Source: Candidatus Latescibacterota bacterium | Lineage (GTDB): Bacteria; Latescibacterota; UBA2968; UBA8231 | DNA: 64,000 nucleotides | Assembly: GCA_965221775.1 (NCBI GenBank) | Contig: CBDCSU010000006.1 | Location: forward strand, 288,001 to 352,000 | Direction: 5' to 3' | Shown here: one piece after another, positions 49,442 through 57,663 of the stretch | Position numbering within the stretch: position 1 is the first letter of the stretch | Layout of the letters: every line of letters starts with the position of its first letter | Program-made: the position numbers and the translations under genes | The notes under the pieces: generated by a model | The model's input: only the letters and a program-made list of their open reading frames with translations | What the model was told of the DNA's origin: nothing | Databases searched by the model: none

Positions 49442-50775
49442 ACCGGGTGTGGATCGCCCTGGCGGCCACCGTGGCGTGCGCCGCCGGGGCCGGGGCGGAA
49501 CCGTCCGCGGCAGACACCACCAAGGTGCAAGGGGCGCCCGCCGACTCGGCGCGCGCGCGCGGGCTGAACAGCCTGCTGAGCGGGGCGGCGGTGGTCGCCG
49601 ATCCGCTCGCGGCCGGGGAACAGACGGTGGACGCCGTGCGCTGGCTGGCCAAGCGGCGGCAGTTCGTGCTCCGGGGCACGCCCTACGGCTTCACGGGACT
49701 GCCGATCGTCTACTACAGCCCGGGCACCGGGTGGAACTACGGCGGGCGCCTGCAGATCGCCGACTATCACCGGCGTCCGTACCGCTACAAGCTCAGCCTC
49801 CATTGGGTGAAGTCGACCCGGGGAAAGCGCGTCAGCTACCTGCGCTTCCGGTTGCCCCACATGGCGGGGACCGGCTTCGGTCTCATCCTGACGGCGAGCA
49901 ACAAGCGCGACATCCGGGCCCGCTACTACGGCCTGTCGAACGACAGCGAGAACAACGAGGGCCTCACCGAGTCGGACCACCCCGACTTCATCGACGAGGA
50001 CTACTACCACTATGTCCTGGAGGCGCCCCGGGCGATCGTCAACCTCCTCCGTCACCTCTACGGTCCGATGACCGTTTCCCTCGGCCTCGGCCTCGAGCGG
50101 ACCGATGTCGACGGCAGGGGGCAGCGCTCCTACTACCTCGACGCCGGCACCCCGGACGGTGTGGTGGACGGCATCACGGGGTTCGTGGGCCTGAGCCTGC
50201 GGTGGGACACCCGGGACGACCCCTCGATCCCGCGCCGGGGCCTGTTTCAGGAGTGGAGCTACGAGACCTCCCGAAACTCCCTCCTGAGCCTGCTCTTCGA
50301 GCAGATCGACTTCCAGCGCTACACCTTCACCGACGCCCGCTACTACCCCGTCTCCCCGCGGCTGAACATCGCCCATCGCACCATCGTGGAAGCCCTGAAG
50401 GGGACCGTGCCCCTGTACGCCTACGGCGAGATCGGCGGCAGCCGGAGGATCAAGGGCCTCGGGGGATCCGACACCTTGCGGGGGTTCGACCGGCAGCGCT
50501 TCACCGACAACGTGCGCGTCCTCACCAACACGGAGGCGCGCTACTACCTCGGGAGCCGGACCGTTTTCCAGCAGCACCTCGACCTGCTGGCCATCCTCTT
50601 CGCCGACAGCGGCCAGGTGGCGCCTGGATTCTCCGATCTCCATCCCCTCGACACCCACCTGAGCATCGGTTGGGGCCTGCGCACCTACTGGAACGAGGAC
50701 TTCGTCGTGCGCGCCGACCTCGGCGTCTCGGAGGAACAGCTCTACACCATCCTCAAGTACCGCAACATCTTCTGA
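49435..50775 (+). CDS. Omp85/BamA-TamA-like outer-membrane barrel protein (no POTRA domains visible)
   Basis: Signal peptide, LRWDTRD, LGGSDTLRGF..QRF, FADSGQV, GLR...RADLG and terminal Phe. Confidence 0.82.
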   Translation: MLNRVWIALAATVACAAGAGAEPSAADTTKVQGAPADSARARGLNSLLSGAAVVADPLAAGEQTVDAVRWLAKRRQFVLRGTPYGFTGLPIVYYSPGTGWNYGGRLQIADYHRRPYRYKLSLHWVKSTRGKRVSYLRFRLPHMAGTGFGLILTASNKRDIRARYYGLSNDSENNEGLTESDHPDFIDEDYYHYVLEAPRAIVNLLRHLYGPMTVSLGLGLERTDVDGRGQRSYYLDAGTPDGVVDGITGFVGLSLRWDTRDDPSIPRRGLFQEWSYETSRNSLLSLLFEQIDFQRYTFTDARYYPVSPRLNIAHRTIVEALKGTVPLYAYGEIGGSRRIKGLGGSDTLRGFDRQRFTDNVRVLTNTEARYYLGSRTVFQQHLDLLAILFADSGQVAPGFSDLHPLDTHLSIGWGLRTYWNEDFVVRADLGVSEEQLYTILKYRNIF

Positions 50776-50776
50776 G

Positions 50777-51307
50777 TCAGCCCGCCGGAGACCCCATCAC
50801 CGGCCGCAGGCGGACCGCCAACCAGGCGACGAGGAGCCCCACGAGCAGGTCCTTCGGCAGGGGCGCCAGGCCGAGCTCCAGGGCGAGATCCGCCGCCGCT
50901 GGACTGGCCGCCACGAAACGCAGGTTGAGGTAGAGCCCCAGCACCCCGGCGGCATAGATCGCCGCCATCCCGGCACAGGTCGCGGCCAGGGCCCGCCGGA
51001 AGGTGACTCGCCGGTCCTCCCCGGCCAACCGCCCCGCCAGCCAGGCGCCGGCGACGAACCCCAGCAGGTAGCCGGCGGAGGGCTTGAGCAGGTAGTGGAG
51101 CCCTCCGCCCCCGGCGAACACGGGCAGGCCCACCAGCCCCGCCGTGAGATAGACCCCCTGGCTCGCCGCCCCCCGCCAGGGCCCCAGCAACAGCCCGGCC
51201 AGGCAGACGAAGGCCGCCTGCAGGGTGATGGGTACATGAGGCAGGGGGAGGCGTAACTGCGCGCCCACGGCGGTGAGGGCGGCCATGAGCGCCACCGGCA
51301 CCAGCAC
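50777..51307 (-). CDS. bioY: Biotin transporter BioY
   Basis: VPITLQ, GLVGLPVFAGG.GG and PSAGYLLGF. Start is approximate. Confidence 0.9.
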   Translation of the reverse strand: MLVPVALMAALTAVGAQLRLPLPHVPITLQAAFVCLAGLLLGPWRGAASQGVYLTAGLVGLPVFAGGGGLHYLLKPSAGYLLGFVAGAWLAGRLAGEDRRVTFRRALAATCAGMAAIYAAGVLGLYLNLRFVAASPAAADLALELGLAPLPKDLLVGLLVAWLAVRLRPVMGSPAG

Positions 51308-51365
51308 CCGGGGGTTCAGGAAAGACCGGACCGGGAAGGGGGGGATCGGCGCTCGGGCCGGCGGA

Positions 51366-52235
51366 TCAGGTAGCGGCCCGGCCCTCCGTGCCGGCGGGAG
51401 CGAGCATGGCGATGAGGCTGCCCAGGGTGGCGGCGAGCTCGTTCCGGGGGACGACGCGGTCGACGAAACCGTGCTCGAGGACGGTCTCGGCGATCTGGAA
51501 TCCGGCGGGAAGCTCCTCGATGCCCATGAACTGCCGGATCACCGCCTGGCCGGCGAACCCGATGCGGGCCCCCGGCTCGGCGAGGGTGAGGTCGCCGAGC
51601 ATGGCGAAGCTGGCGGTCACGCCGCCGTAGGTCGGGTCGGTCAGGACGGCGACATACAGTCCGCCGGCGTTGGAGAACCGGCGCAGCCGGGCGCTGACCT
51701 TGGCCATCTGCATCAGCGAGAACGTGCTCTCCTGCATCCGGGCTCCGCCCGACTGGCAGACCAGCACCAGGGCCCGGCCGTCGGCCAGGGCCCTGTCGAT
51801 GAGCCGGCTGATCTTCTCGCCCGTGGCGCCGCCCAGGCTGCCCATGATGTAGCGCGTATCCATGACGCCGAGGGCCGCGGGGTGGCCGCCGATGGTGCAC
51901 AGGCCGGTGTGCACGGCCTCGTTGATGCCGCTGGAGCGGCGGGCCTCGCGGATCCGGTCGGAGTAGCGGCGGTGATCGCGGAACTTGAGGGGATCGGCGG
52001 TGGACAGCCCGGCGTCGATCTCGGTGAAGGAACCCGGGTCGCTCAGGATGCGGATGTACTTCTCGTGGCCGATGGGAAAGTGGCTGCCGCAGCGGGGGCA
52101 GATCCAGCTGTTGCGCTCGAGGGCGTGCTGATAGGCCGTCTCGCCGCAATCCTTGCACTTGCTCCAGATGGCCTCGGGGATCTCGCGCTTGATGCGCGTC
52201 AGGACTCCCGCCTTGAGTCTTTCGAACCAGTTCAC
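51366..52235 (-). CDS. accD: Acetyl-CoA carboxylase carboxyltransferase beta subunit
   Basis: Zn finger CKDC...CPRC, DPLKF.D, MGSLG..TGEKI, SGGARMQE, PTYGGVTASFA and HGFVD. Confidence 0.95.
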   Translation of the reverse strand: MNWFERLKAGVLTRIKREIPEAIWSKCKDCGETAYQHALERNSWICPRCGSHFPIGHEKYIRILSDPGSFTEIDAGLSTADPLKFRDHRRYSDRIREARRSSGINEAVHTGLCTIGGHPAALGVMDTRYIMGSLGGATGEKISRLIDRALADGRALVLVCQSGGARMQESTFSLMQMAKVSARLRRFSNAGGLYVAVLTDPTYGGVTASFAMLGDLTLAEPGARIGFAGQAVIRQFMGIEELPAGFQIAETVLEHGFVDRVVPRNELAATLGSLIAMLAPAGTEGRAAT

Positions 52236-52242
52236 GGGGACC

Positions 52243-52590
52243 TCACACCAGCCCGCGGCGCCGAAGCCCGGCAAAGGCCACTCCGGCAGTCACCAGGACC
52301 CCCGAAGCGACCAGGGCCAGCGTCCAGGGGAAGGATCCGCGGGCCTCGGGCGCGGAAACCCTCAGCCGGCGGAGGCGGTCCAGGACCCGGTCGGCCGCGG
52401 CCTGCGCGTCGGGCAGCGGTCGCGGCGGCTCGAGGACGCGGCCTACGAGATCCTCGACGGTACGCATCCTGGCCGCCTCCAGGCGCGCCCTCAGGCCGAG
52501 AACCCTGCGCCCGTCGCTGCCAGGCCCGGATCCACCGCCGGCCGAGGGGGGGTCGACATCACCGCCCCGGCGCCACCATCTCGACAACAT
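52243..52590 (-). CDS. Small single-TM protein, putative anti-sigma/partner
   Basis: GGAGG SD, directly downstream of the ECF sigma factor, with a C-terminal hydrophobic helix. Confidence 0.55.
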   Translation of the reverse strand: MLSRWWRRGGDVDPPSAGGGSGPGSDGRRVLGLRARLEAARMRTVEDLVGRVLEPPRPLPDAQAAADRVLDRLRRLRVSAPEARGSFPWTLALVASGVLVTAGVAFAGLRRRGLV

Positions 52591-52613
52591 CCGGTCGTTC
52601 CTCCGCAGCGCCC

Positions 52614-53210
52614 TCAGACCACGCCGCGTCTTTGCAGGCCCTCCGCCAGGCGGCGGCGGGCGGTGTGGATCCGCGAGCTGACGGTGCCCAACGGGATGTC
52701 CAGCACGCGGGCGATCTCCTCGTAGCCGAGTTGCTCGAAGCCGTGGAGGACGAGCACCTCCCTCAGGACGGCCGGCAACTCGTCGATCTCCTCCCGAACG
52801 AGGCGCTGAGTCTCGCGCGTCAGGAGCCGGGCCTCGGGTCCTTCGCCAGGCGGCACCGAGAGTCTCTCACCCGACTCCTCGTCCGCCCGGTGCAGGCCGA
52901 GCCGCCGCCAGGGGCTGCGAGCCCGGTCCCGGCGGCGGTTGAGACTCAGGCGCCAGACGATGCGCAGGATCCAGGTCTTCAGCGAGGAATCGCCGCGGAA
53001 CCCGCCCAGGGCCCCGTGGATCTTGACGAAGGCGTCCTGAACGACCTCCTCCGCGTCCTCGCGGTCGCCGAGGGCCCGATAGGCCAGTCCATAGGCCAGC
53101 GGGTGGTACTCGGTGATCAGCCGCCGGAAGGCCTCGTCGCTGCCCTCGACGGCGCGCCGCACGAGATCCTCGTCGGGGAGATGGACCTCGATTCGTGTGG
53201 TGGTGGCCAT
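52614..53210 (-). CDS. ECF RNA polymerase sigma factor
   Basis: DEDLVRR, DAEEVVQDAF, SLKTWILRI and YEEIARVLDIPLGTVSSRIHTAR. Confidence 0.93.
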   Translation of the reverse strand: MATTTRIEVHLPDEDLVRRAVEGSDEAFRRLITEYHPLAYGLAYRALGDREDAEEVVQDAFVKIHGALGGFRGDSSLKTWILRIVWRLSLNRRRDRARSPWRRLGLHRADEESGERLSVPPGEGPEARLLTRETQRLVREEIDELPAVLREVLVLHGFEQLGYEEIARVLDIPLGTVSSRIHTARRRLAEGLQRRGVV

Positions 53211-53426
53211 CATCCTCCGTGCAGACACCGAAACGTGGCCGCGTCTTCACAATTCGCCCGAAATTGCGCCGCCCCTCGCGGGATTGTCAAACCGAATGCG
53301 CCGGCCCTTTGTGGCTAAAGTGCAACCCTGTCGTAACTTGCGGATTGTTGATGGCCTCGCGGGGAAGGCTATATTTGGGCGCGCTGTATGGTGGTCTCCA
53401 TCCCTCCAGCCCGATCAGGGAGGATC

Positions 53427-54584
53427 GTGAAGAAACCTCTGCAGATCTGCCTGTTGCTCGGCGTGATGGCGGCGCCGGATCTTGCGGCCTCCGCGGAGGT
53501 GAGCCTGGCCGACTCGGTGATCAAGTACAGGTGGCTCGGCAAGAACGCCCGCGTCGAGAAGGAACACGACGATGTCGTCAAGTACTACACCGAGCTGATC
53601 AAGTACGATCCCGGCTACCACCGGGCCCACTATTCCATGGGCCGGGCCTTCCTTGAGCTCGGCCGGCCGGCCGACGCCAAGCGGGCCCTGTTGTCGGCGG
53701 CCGCCATCGACTCGGCCCACGTCAACACCAACCTGACCCTGTACACGCTCTACCTGAACGACGCCGCGCCGGACTCGGCCTGGCGGTTCCTCGGCCCGGT
53801 TCTCCGCGCCAGGCCCGACGAGCCCAGGTACGCCGAGCACCGGCGCAAGCTCGCCGACCTCTACCGCCGCAACGGCCAGCCGGTGGAGGCCATCGAGCAC
53901 TACGGCGTCCTCGCCGAGTCGGCGGTCCTGCCCGAGGATTCGCGCAGGGAGCTGTACGAGCTGTTGGCGGTGATGACCGAGGACCAGGGCGACGCCCATG
54001 CGGCGCTGGCCTGGCGCCAGCGGCTGACCGGCGGCGGCGGCACGGGCCAGGTGGAGTCCCTGACCCGGATCGTGGACCTGCAGATCGCCACCGAGGACTA
54101 CGCGGGCGCCCACGAATCCCTGAGGCAGCTGGTGGGCATCGACTCGGCCGGCCGCTACGCCCACTACGTCCGCATGTCGGAGCTGGGCGACACCGCCGGC
54201 GACCCGGCGGTCAGGCTCGAGGGCCTGGAGGGCATGGCGATCGAGCAGCCCAAGGATCTGCAGACCGTCGCCACCATCGCCGAGATCCACCTGAATGCGG
54301 ACGACCTGAAGGCGGCGGCGCGCTGGATCGAGGGCGGCCTGCGGCGCTCCCCCGACAACGCCCACCTGCGCTTGCTCCGGGGCGACCTGCTGAGGCGCCA
54401 GGACGCGGAGGAGGAGGCCATCGCCGAGTACGAGCTCGCCCTGCGCGACCCGAACTGGGCGGCCGTCGCCCAGCAGCGGATCTGGCAACTCCGCCCGCCG
54501 GAGACGGAGGAGGAGAAGCTCCGCCGCCAGTTCTTCGGAGGCGGCGACGCCGAAGAAGAGGGCTCCACCGACAACGACAGCTGA
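53427..54584 (+). CDS. Exported tetratricopeptide repeat protein
   Basis: GGAGG SD, GTG start, signal peptide and TPR-like helical repeats. Confidence 0.8.
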   Translation: MKKPLQICLLLGVMAAPDLAASAEVSLADSVIKYRWLGKNARVEKEHDDVVKYYTELIKYDPGYHRAHYSMGRAFLELGRPADAKRALLSAAAIDSAHVNTNLTLYTLYLNDAAPDSAWRFLGPVLRARPDEPRYAEHRRKLADLYRRNGQPVEAIEHYGVLAESAVLPEDSRRELYELLAVMTEDQGDAHAALAWRQRLTGGGGTGQVESLTRIVDLQIATEDYAGAHESLRQLVGIDSAGRYAHYVRMSELGDTAGDPAVRLEGLEGMAIEQPKDLQTVATIAEIHLNADDLKAAARWIEGGLRRSPDNAHLRLLRGDLLRRQDAEEEAIAEYELALRDPNWAAVAQQRIWQLRPPETEEEKLRRQFFGGGDAEEEGSTDNDS

Positions 54585-54613
54585 CGTACCCCCAACCCAA
54601 GAGAGGTTCCACC

Positions 54614-55234
54614 ATGCTTCAACTATTCATCGACGGCGGCTGGGCCATGTGGCCCCTGGCCTTTCTCCTGGCCCTGGGACTGGCCATCGCCCTCGAGCGG
54701 CTCGTCACGCTTTCCCGCGCCGCCATCGACGCCAAGGGCTTCTTCGGGCAACTCGAAGAGGCGATGCGTTCCGGCGGAGCCGAGAGCGCCGCGCAGCTGT
54801 GCGCCGAGACCCGCGGTCCCGTGGCCAGCGTCATCCACGCCGGCCTGCTGCGGCTCGATCGCGGCATCGACAACGTGGAGAAGGCGATCGAGAACGCCGG
54901 CGCCGTGGAGATGGCCTTTCTCGAGCGCGGCATGATCTGGCTGTCCACGGTGGCCAACCTGGCGCCCATGGTCGGCTTCCTCGGGACGGTGAGCGGCATG
55001 ATCGGCGCCTTCCAGGCGATCAAGGTCGCCGGCGACGTGGAGCCCTCCCTGGTGGCCGGTGGCATCTCGGAGGCCCTCATCACCACCGCCTCCGGCCTGA
55101 TCGTCGGCATCCTGATCCAGTTCTGCTACAACTTCTTCGCTTCCCGCATCGACAGGATCATCGCCGACATGCAGGAGCACACGGCAGGCCTGATCGACGT
55201 GCTCATCGAGATCGAGCTGAAGGACAACGCGTGA
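54614..55234 (+). CDS. exbB: MotA/TolQ/ExbB proton channel protein
   Basis: GGWAMWPL, APMVGFLGTVSGMI and GISEALITTASGL. Confidence 0.92.
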   Translation: MLQLFIDGGWAMWPLAFLLALGLAIALERLVTLSRAAIDAKGFFGQLEEAMRSGGAESAAQLCAETRGPVASVIHAGLLRLDRGIDNVEKAIENAGAVEMAFLERGMIWLSTVANLAPMVGFLGTVSGMIGAFQAIKVAGDVEPSLVAGGISEALITTASGLIVGILIQFCYNFFASRIDRIIADMQEHTAGLIDVLIEIELKDNA

Positions 55235-55650
55235 ACCTGCGCAAGCGCGGGAACCGGGTGCTGCCCGAGATCCCCACCTCCTCCATGGCGGACATCGCCT
55301 TCCTGCTCATCGTGTTCTTCCTGGTGACGACGACGATGAACCAGGACAAGGGGCTGTCGCTGCACCTGCCTCCCATCGCCGAGACCCTGGAGGTCAGGGA
55401 AAAGAACATCTGCAACGTGTGGATCAACGATGAGGACCGCATCGCCTTCTTCGAGAACTCCGAGCTCACGGAGATCGCCTTCTCCGACCTGCGCGCCGAC
55501 ATCCAGCAGCGGTTGGCGGACAACGAGAAGCTGATCATCTCCCTGAAGGCGCAGCGCCAGGCCAGCTACCGCATGTTCGTCGATGTCCTCGACGAGCTGA
55601 AGCTCGCCGGCGCCACGCGGATCTCGATCGCCGAGCCAGAGGGAGGCTGA
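55231..55650 (+). CDS. exbD: ExbD/TolR family protein
   Basis: GTGA overlap and IPTSSMADIAFLLIVFFLVTT. Confidence 0.9.
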   Translation: MNLRKRGNRVLPEIPTSSMADIAFLLIVFFLVTTTMNQDKGLSLHLPPIAETLEVREKNICNVWINDEDRIAFFENSELTEIAFSDLRADIQQRLADNEKLIISLKAQRQASYRMFVDVLDELKLAGATRISIAEPEGG

Positions 55651-55656
55651 GCCCCC

Positions 55657-56082
55657 ATGAGATTCACCCGCAAGTCCCGGGTGGGAGCCGCGGTCCCCAC
55701 GGCGTCGATGGCGGACATCGCCTTCCTGCTCCTCGTGTTCTTCATGGTCTCTACCGTTTTCATCCGTTTTCGCGGCATCCCTGTCACCCTGCCCGAAGCC
55801 GAGCGGGTAGAGAAGCTGGAGATGCGCCGCCACGTGACCAGCATCTGGGTCGGCGCCAACGGCGCCGTCAACATCGACGACCAAGCGGTCGCACTGCAGG
55901 ACGTAGGTCCCCTGATCCACGCCAAGCTGGTCGCCAATCCCCGGCTGATCATCTCCATCAAGGGGGACGGGCAGGCGGAATTCGGCACCATCTCCGACGT
56001 GCTGCAGGAACTGCGCCAGGTCGAGGCCTTGCGCGTGAACTTCGCCACCGACCGCGAGCGGGAGGTCGCCGCAGGAGGCTGA
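55657..56082 (+). CDS. exbD: ExbD/TolR family protein (second copy)
   Basis: PTASMADIAFLLLVFFMVST and IKGD. Confidence 0.9.
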   Translation: MRFTRKSRVGAAVPTASMADIAFLLLVFFMVSTVFIRFRGIPVTLPEAERVEKLEMRRHVTSIWVGANGAVNIDDQAVALQDVGPLIHAKLVANPRLIISIKGDGQAEFGTISDVLQELRQVEALRVNFATDREREVAAGG

Positions 56083-56083
56083 G

Positions 56084-56773
56084 ATGAAGATGCTGAGACG
56101 GACCGCCGACATGGTGCGCACGAAGACCCCCGAGGCCGACCTGCGCCTGGAGTACCGCAGGACCTTCTGGGCCTGCTTCGGCGCCTCCTCCGTCGCCTTG
56201 GTGCTGGTGATCCTGTTCTGGCCGAGCTTCGAGGCCTCGGCCTACGCCAAGCCCCAGGAGCCGGTGATCATCCAGCTGGAGGAGATCCCCGAGACCCGCC
56301 AGGAGCGCCGGCCGCCGCCGCCGCCGCGGCCGGTGGTGCCCATCGCCTCCACCAGCGAGGAGATCCCCGAGGACGCCACGATCATGGAGACCGATCTCGA
56401 CTTTGGTCTGGATGACCTGGCCCCGCCGCCGCCCCTCGAGGAGCTGCAGAAGACCACCGAGGTCGCCCTGGAGGAGGAGGAGGAGGAGATCGTCGAGTAC
56501 TGGCGGGTGGAGAAACCGCCCAAGAAGAAGAACGACCCGCGGCCGGTGTTCCCCGAGATCGCCCGCCGGGCGGGGATCACGGGCAACATCACCATCCAGG
56601 TGCTGGTCGATCGCGAGGGCAAGGTGGAGAAGGTTGGAGAGATCCACGGCAACGAGGTCTTCCATGAGGCCGCGCGCAAGGCCGCCCTGGCCACCACCTT
56701 CACCCCGGCCATCCAGAACGACAAGCCCGTGAAGGTCTGGGTCGCCCTCACCTACAAGTTCCAGTTGCAGTAG
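56084..56773 (+). CDS. tonB: Energy transducer TonB
   Basis: TM, Pro/Glu-rich linker and TonB_C domain (FPEIARRAGITG...VDREGKV...FTPA..PVKVW..F.L). Confidence 0.9.
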   Translation: MKMLRRTADMVRTKTPEADLRLEYRRTFWACFGASSVALVLVILFWPSFEASAYAKPQEPVIIQLEEIPETRQERRPPPPPRPVVPIASTSEEIPEDATIMETDLDFGLDDLAPPPPLEELQKTTEVALEEEEEEIVEYWRVEKPPKKKNDPRPVFPEIARRAGITGNITIQVLVDREGKVEKVGEIHGNEVFHEAARKAALATTFTPAIQNDKPVKVWVALTYKFQLQ

Positions 56774-56937
56774 GCGCCGGTTGCCAGGACTGCAGGCGTC
56801 CATCTTAGATTAGGGAAGACTCGCCAGGGGCCGCGGACCGGCTGCGGCCAGCAATTCCACAACTCCCCCATCCTCCCCCACCCTCTCCCCGAGGCCATGA
56901 ACCCCGCCCTCCGGGGTTCGCCGGGAGGTCGGGCTCC

Positions 56938-57387
56938 ATGCGCTGTCCCTTCTGCAGCACCGAGGACGACCGCGTCGTCGACTCGCGCTCCTGCCGCGAC
57001 GGCCAGGCGATCCGCCGTCGCCGCGAGTGCACGAGTTGCAGCCAGCGATTCACCACGTACGAGTACATCGAGCATGCGCCGCTCACCGTCATCAAGCGGG
57101 ACGGAACCCGGGAGCCCTTCGACCGCTCCAAGCTGCAGGCCAAGATCGAGCTGGCCTGCTACAAGACGAGCGTGTCGAGCGATCGCATCGAAGAGCTGAT
57201 GGACCAGGTGGAGTCCGATCTCGGCAACCGCGCGGAGAGGGAGGTTCCGAGCCAGCAGATCGGGGAGCTGGTGATGGAACGACTGAAGGACCTCCACGAC
57301 GTTGCGTACGTGCGGTTCGCCTCTGTGTACCGCCAGTTCAAGGACCGGCAGGACTTCGTCAGGGAGCTCGAGCAGCTCTCTGCCTGA
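56938..57387 (+). CDS. nrdR: Transcriptional repressor NrdR
   Basis: MRCPFC...VVDSR...IRRRREC..C..RFTTYE, ATP cone and VAYVRFASVYR. Confidence 0.97.
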   Translation: MRCPFCSTEDDRVVDSRSCRDGQAIRRRRECTSCSQRFTTYEYIEHAPLTVIKRDGTREPFDRSKLQAKIELACYKTSVSSDRIEELMDQVESDLGNRAEREVPSQQIGELVMERLKDLHDVAYVRFASVYRQFKDRQDFVRELEQLSA

Positions 57388-57437
57388 GCCCTCCCGGCGG
57401 CCGGCCTTCCCGGGCCCCTCCGAAGCCGCGAAAACCC

Positions 57438-57467
57438 TTGACAAGGCGGAATCGAGGCCTGTATATT
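57438..57467 (+). promoter_or_regulatory. Sigma-70 promoter of nrdJ
   Basis: TTGACA-18 bp-TATATT. Confidence 0.7.
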
Positions 57468-57502
57468 GGCACGTCCAAGCTTCGAGCCACAAGATCTTGT
57501 GT
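57456..57502. promoter_or_regulatory. Tandem NrdR boxes
   Basis: GGCCTGTATATTGGCA (57456-57471) overlaps the -10. CCACAAGATCTTGTGT (57487-57502) has a perfect 14-bp palindromic core. The 31-bp spacing and the match to acaCwAtATaTwGtgt are typical. Confidence 0.8.
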
Positions 57503-57663
57503 ACAGAGTGACCGAGCCGACCTTTCAGATCATGTTGCAGACAACCTTTCGCCCTCCCCGAAGCAACGTCCTGTAACCACGATAGTTGGCCCCCAGTTCT
57601 GCCGCCCCTCCCGCACCGGCGCGGCAGCAGGGGCTCCTTGTCGTTCCCAGGGAGACTTCGAGC

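Noticed and set aside
57503-57663. Cobalamin riboswitch before nrdJ
   Set aside because: No recognisable B12-box or conserved core, and riboswitch repression of a B12-dependent enzyme is not expected.
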